Below, in pieces: positions 61,957 through 64,000 of a stretch of DNA of 64,000 nucleotides. The DNA comes from Candidatus Hydrogenedentota bacterium (GTDB lineage Bacteria; Hydrogenedentota; Hydrogenedentia; Hydrogenedentales; SLHB01). The stretch lies in assembly GCA_903925285.1 (NCBI GenBank), contig CAIYET010000770.1:20621-84620 (forward strand), given 5' to 3'. The stretch's first letter is position 1, and each line of letters begins with the position of its first letter. The notes under the pieces were generated by a model that was not told the DNA's origin, searched no databases, and was given only the letters and a program-made list of their open reading frames with translations. A program made the translations under genes and the position numbers.

Positions 61957-63573
61957 CTAACGAACTGCGGCCAAGCGGAACCCGACGTCGTATTGCCGAC
62001 TGCCCGGCGGGCCGTAGTTGCCCCGATGCGCCGAGCGGCAGTTCCTGGCGCCGTTGCCCCAGCCGCTGCCCCGGATCAACCGGGCCGAGGCCCTAGTCGG
62101 CGAATTGATCCACGCAGTCCCATTCGTCGGAGCGCTCGTGTAGTCCACGTGCCAATCATCCTCGCACTGTTCCAACACGTTTCCACTCATGTCATACAAT
62201 CCGAACGCGTTCGGCAGTTTGCCGCCCACGGGTTTGCTGCTAGAGGGTGTGTTGTTGTTGAAGCAATACCACATGTATTGGCTGCGCGTACCATCGTCTT
62301 CACAATCGTCGCCCACGCCCAGCGAATCCCCGAAATAGAACCGCGTCTGTGTGCCCGCCCGGCAGGCGTATTCCCACTCCGCTTCGCTGGGCAGCCGCAT
62401 CGTCGCCGGACCTTGGCCGGTCGCCGTGATGTGGTTGTTCAACGCCGTGACGAAGTTCCGCGCATCGTCCCACGAGATGTAGTACGCGGGATAATTGTCG
62501 CCCGCACCGTAGTCCGGTGTATGGATCAGTGCACCCATAACGGCGATCCACTGCGCCTGTGTCAACTCGTACTTGCCCATGTAGAAGTCATAGCCAATGT
62601 TCACCGTATGGACAGGACCTTCGTCAGACCCGCGCCAGCGTTCCGTGTCCGGCGAACCCATCTGGAACGTCCCGGCGGGAATCCGCACCAACACCAACGG
62701 CACGTTGCCGGGAAGAAGAATGGTGATTTCTCCTACGCCGCCTTCATCGGCAGTAACGCGGATGCGGGCATAAGGCATGTCTTCGTTGGGACAATCCGCG
62801 GCGATGTTCCACGCAATGTGCTTCGTCCCCGGCGTCACGCCCGGACCCACATCGCCCGACAGGTGTGCCAACGGCAACGTAGTGGGGAACGTTGCGCCGC
62901 CGTCCTTGGAAAACATTACGCTGATGGCGCACGGGACGAACCCGCCGAGATTGTAGGTGATATCCACTTGCGTGCCACCGGCGTATGGGCCTTGCGTGAA
63001 GGCGACGTTCGTGACCGTCGTCGGTTGAGCGAACGCCGCAGGCGCGGCGATAATCGCCGCCAACACGAGCAGCAGCAACGCACCGGCACGATTGCGGCGT
63101 CTGGCAAGGACAAGAAGACCTGCTCCCAACAGCGTCAGTGCCAACGGCCAAATATACAATGGAATCGGCGCTCCACCTATCCACGAAGCACTGTCATGTG
63201 ATAGGTCAATCGGATTGCCCACGGCGTCTTGGAGGCCCGTGGCCGTCACGGTGAAGGTTGTGGTGTACATCTCGCCTGAGAGCCACGTGAGGGTATACGG
63301 TTCGCTACCCGTTACCTCGGTAGGATGCATGGTCAGCGTGCCCACACCGTAGTCGAAAACCGAGTAGTTGTCCGGCGTCGTGACACCCGGTTCGAGCATC
63401 GGCTCGCTGAATGAGACTTCGAGCGACGACGCTGACATCGGCGTCAGGCTGTTTAGCCTCGGCTGTATCGTCTCGAGCGCGCCGGTCGCGGACTCGCCGC
63501 TGACCGTCAACGCATACGCGCCGGAGCACACCGCAAGAACCATCGGAATTGAGAAAAAAAGGACACGAGACAT
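61957..63573 (-). CDS. Two-part ORF: signal peptide + SbsA/Big-like Ig domain + PEP-CTERM-like TM/RRRNR segment, then a second signal-like segment + beta-sandwich + FGE-sulfatase (SUMF1-type) domain
   Basis: The FGE-sulfatase motifs are RIPAGTFQMGSP, HTVNIGYDFYMGKYELTQAQW, RLPSEAEWEYACRAGT, NAFGLYDMSGNVLE, RGSGWG and VGFRLA. The internal sequence is PIPLYIWPLALTLLGAGLLVLARRRNRAGALLLLVLAAIIAAPAAFAQ. I chose the start at Met36. Confidence 0.7.
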   Translation of the reverse strand: MSRVLFFSIPMVLAVCSGAYALTVSGESATGALETIQPRLNSLTPMSASSLEVSFSEPMLEPGVTTPDNYSVFDYGVGTLTMHPTEVTGSEPYTLTWLSGEMYTTTFTVTATGLQDAVGNPIDLSHDSASWIGGAPIPLYIWPLALTLLGAGLLVLARRRNRAGALLLLVLAAIIAAPAAFAQPTTVTNVAFTQGPYAGGTQVDITYNLGGFVPCAISVMFSKDGGATFPTTLPLAHLSGDVGPGVTPGTKHIAWNIAADCPNEDMPYARIRVTADEGGVGEITILLPGNVPLVLVRIPAGTFQMGSPDTERWRGSDEGPVHTVNIGYDFYMGKYELTQAQWIAVMGALIHTPDYGAGDNYPAYYISWDDARNFVTALNNHITATGQGPATMRLPSEAEWEYACRAGTQTRFYFGDSLGVGDDCEDDGTRSQYMWYCFNNNTPSSSKPVGGKLPNAFGLYDMSGNVLEQCEDDWHVDYTSAPTNGTAWINSPTRASARLIRGSGWGNGARNCRSAHRGNYGPPGSRQYDVGFRLAAVR

Positions 63574-64000
63574 AAACCCCGCCCTCCAGGTTACTTTCTT
63601 CGGTCGTAAACCCCACGCTCTAAATATTTGCCTACAATAACACGGTCTTACTTTAGCGGCTTTCCGGGTGGAAGTCAACGGGTCGAATCGACCAAGAACG
63701 CTCTACCCAAGCGTCGACGACGCTGCCAAAGACCTTCCGGCGACGGCATTTGCCGTGGCCATGAAACAGGACGGCACGTTCCGTATCGAGACCCTGCCGC
63801 GCCGCCGAAGCACCCGAAGGTATACGCTTTGGTCCGCTTACGGTTCCCGAAATCCCCGACGGCCGGAGCGACGAAACGTTGGACGTAGGCTTGCTCCCGC
63901 TGAACCCTGCTGCCCACGAGAAGTAACGGCATCGAGCAGCTTTCCGGCCTAGCCGCCCCTCCAAGCCACCAGCCCCTCCAGCCTCAAGCTTACGCCGTTT

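Noticed and set aside
61942-63201. 419-aa plus-strand ORF opposite the FGE-sulfatase ORF
   Set aside because: The minus strand shows the full set of FGE-sulfatase motifs. The plus-strand product is Arg-rich and featureless.
63668-63926. Possible frameshifted small gene at the window end (..DLPATAFAVAMKQDGTFRIETLP in one frame, then ..EAPEGIRFGPLTVPEIPDGRSDETLDVGLLPLNPAAHEK* in the next)
   Set aside because: Both pieces look protein-like (CarboxypepD_reg-like). However, there is no clear start, it needs a frameshift near 63797, and it is short and close to the window edge. The evidence is insufficient to call it.

Overview
GC-rich bacterial chromosomal window. The content suggests a PVC-type or Hydrogenedentes-like uncultured lineage: a DUF1559/prepilin-type protein, (GE)n-linked giant surface proteins and PEP-CTERM-like tails. 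This lineage call is inference only.

Layout:
- 1-8.9 kb: plus-strand exopolysaccharide operon with the gene set typical of PEP-CTERM/exosortase-type EPS loci (ExeA-like ATPase, BY-kinase-like protein, NodB deacetylase, FemAB-like protein, Gfo/Idh/MocA oxidoreductase, Wzx, Wzy/O-antigen-ligase-like protein, GT2). No exosortase is visible in the window.
- 9.2-25 kb: the most unusual part. A sigma54 enhancer-binding protein whose receiver lacks the phospho-acceptor Asp is followed by a perfect TGGCAC-N5-TTGC promoter. Downstream come two small stand-alone degenerate GGDEF proteins that keep a correctly spaced RxxD I-site, then a priming sugar-phosphate transferase, then two tandem ~1650-aa paralogs (CE4/DUF2334-like head, 14 I-set-type Ig repeats, C-terminal TM anchor). 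A convergent beta-helix protein shares the same Ig module and anchor type.
- 25.5-31 kb: more glycan genes (GT-C-like membrane protein, GalE-like epimerase, GT2, TPR protein, a second large priming transferase).
- 31-36.7 kb, minus strand: yajD-like HNH gene, DUF456 gene, carA, pyrC, pyrB and pyrR, with a terminator hairpin in the pyrR leader.
- 37-41 kb: a 1281-aa mosaic adhesin with (GE)n linkers.
- 41-57.7 kb: housekeeping and glycan-utilisation genes (SDR, LTA-synthase-like sulfatase-fold protein, GH5-like hydrolase, SSS transporter, TatD, SNase-like nuclease, DUF1460, DUF1559, a GH2 beta-galactosidase carrying a LamG insertion, an orphan PAS histidine kinase).
- 57.7-63.6 kb: a small island with a TMTC-like TPR glycosyltransferase, one decayed and one intact PIN toxin-antitoxin pair separated by ~67-bp direct repeats, and an FGE-sulfatase-domain ORF with an odd internal anchor/signal junction.

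A recurrent, unexplained sequence feature lies between 32 and 61 kb: intergenic arrays of tandem heptanucleotide repeats, often arranged as long palindromes. One copy looks like a 210-bp MITE with 43-bp terminal inverted repeats and a 5-bp duplication. A shared 17-mer, AACCTAAAAAAGGCAGT, accompanies several of these elements.

All functional calls rest on motif recognition by eye. No database searches were run.
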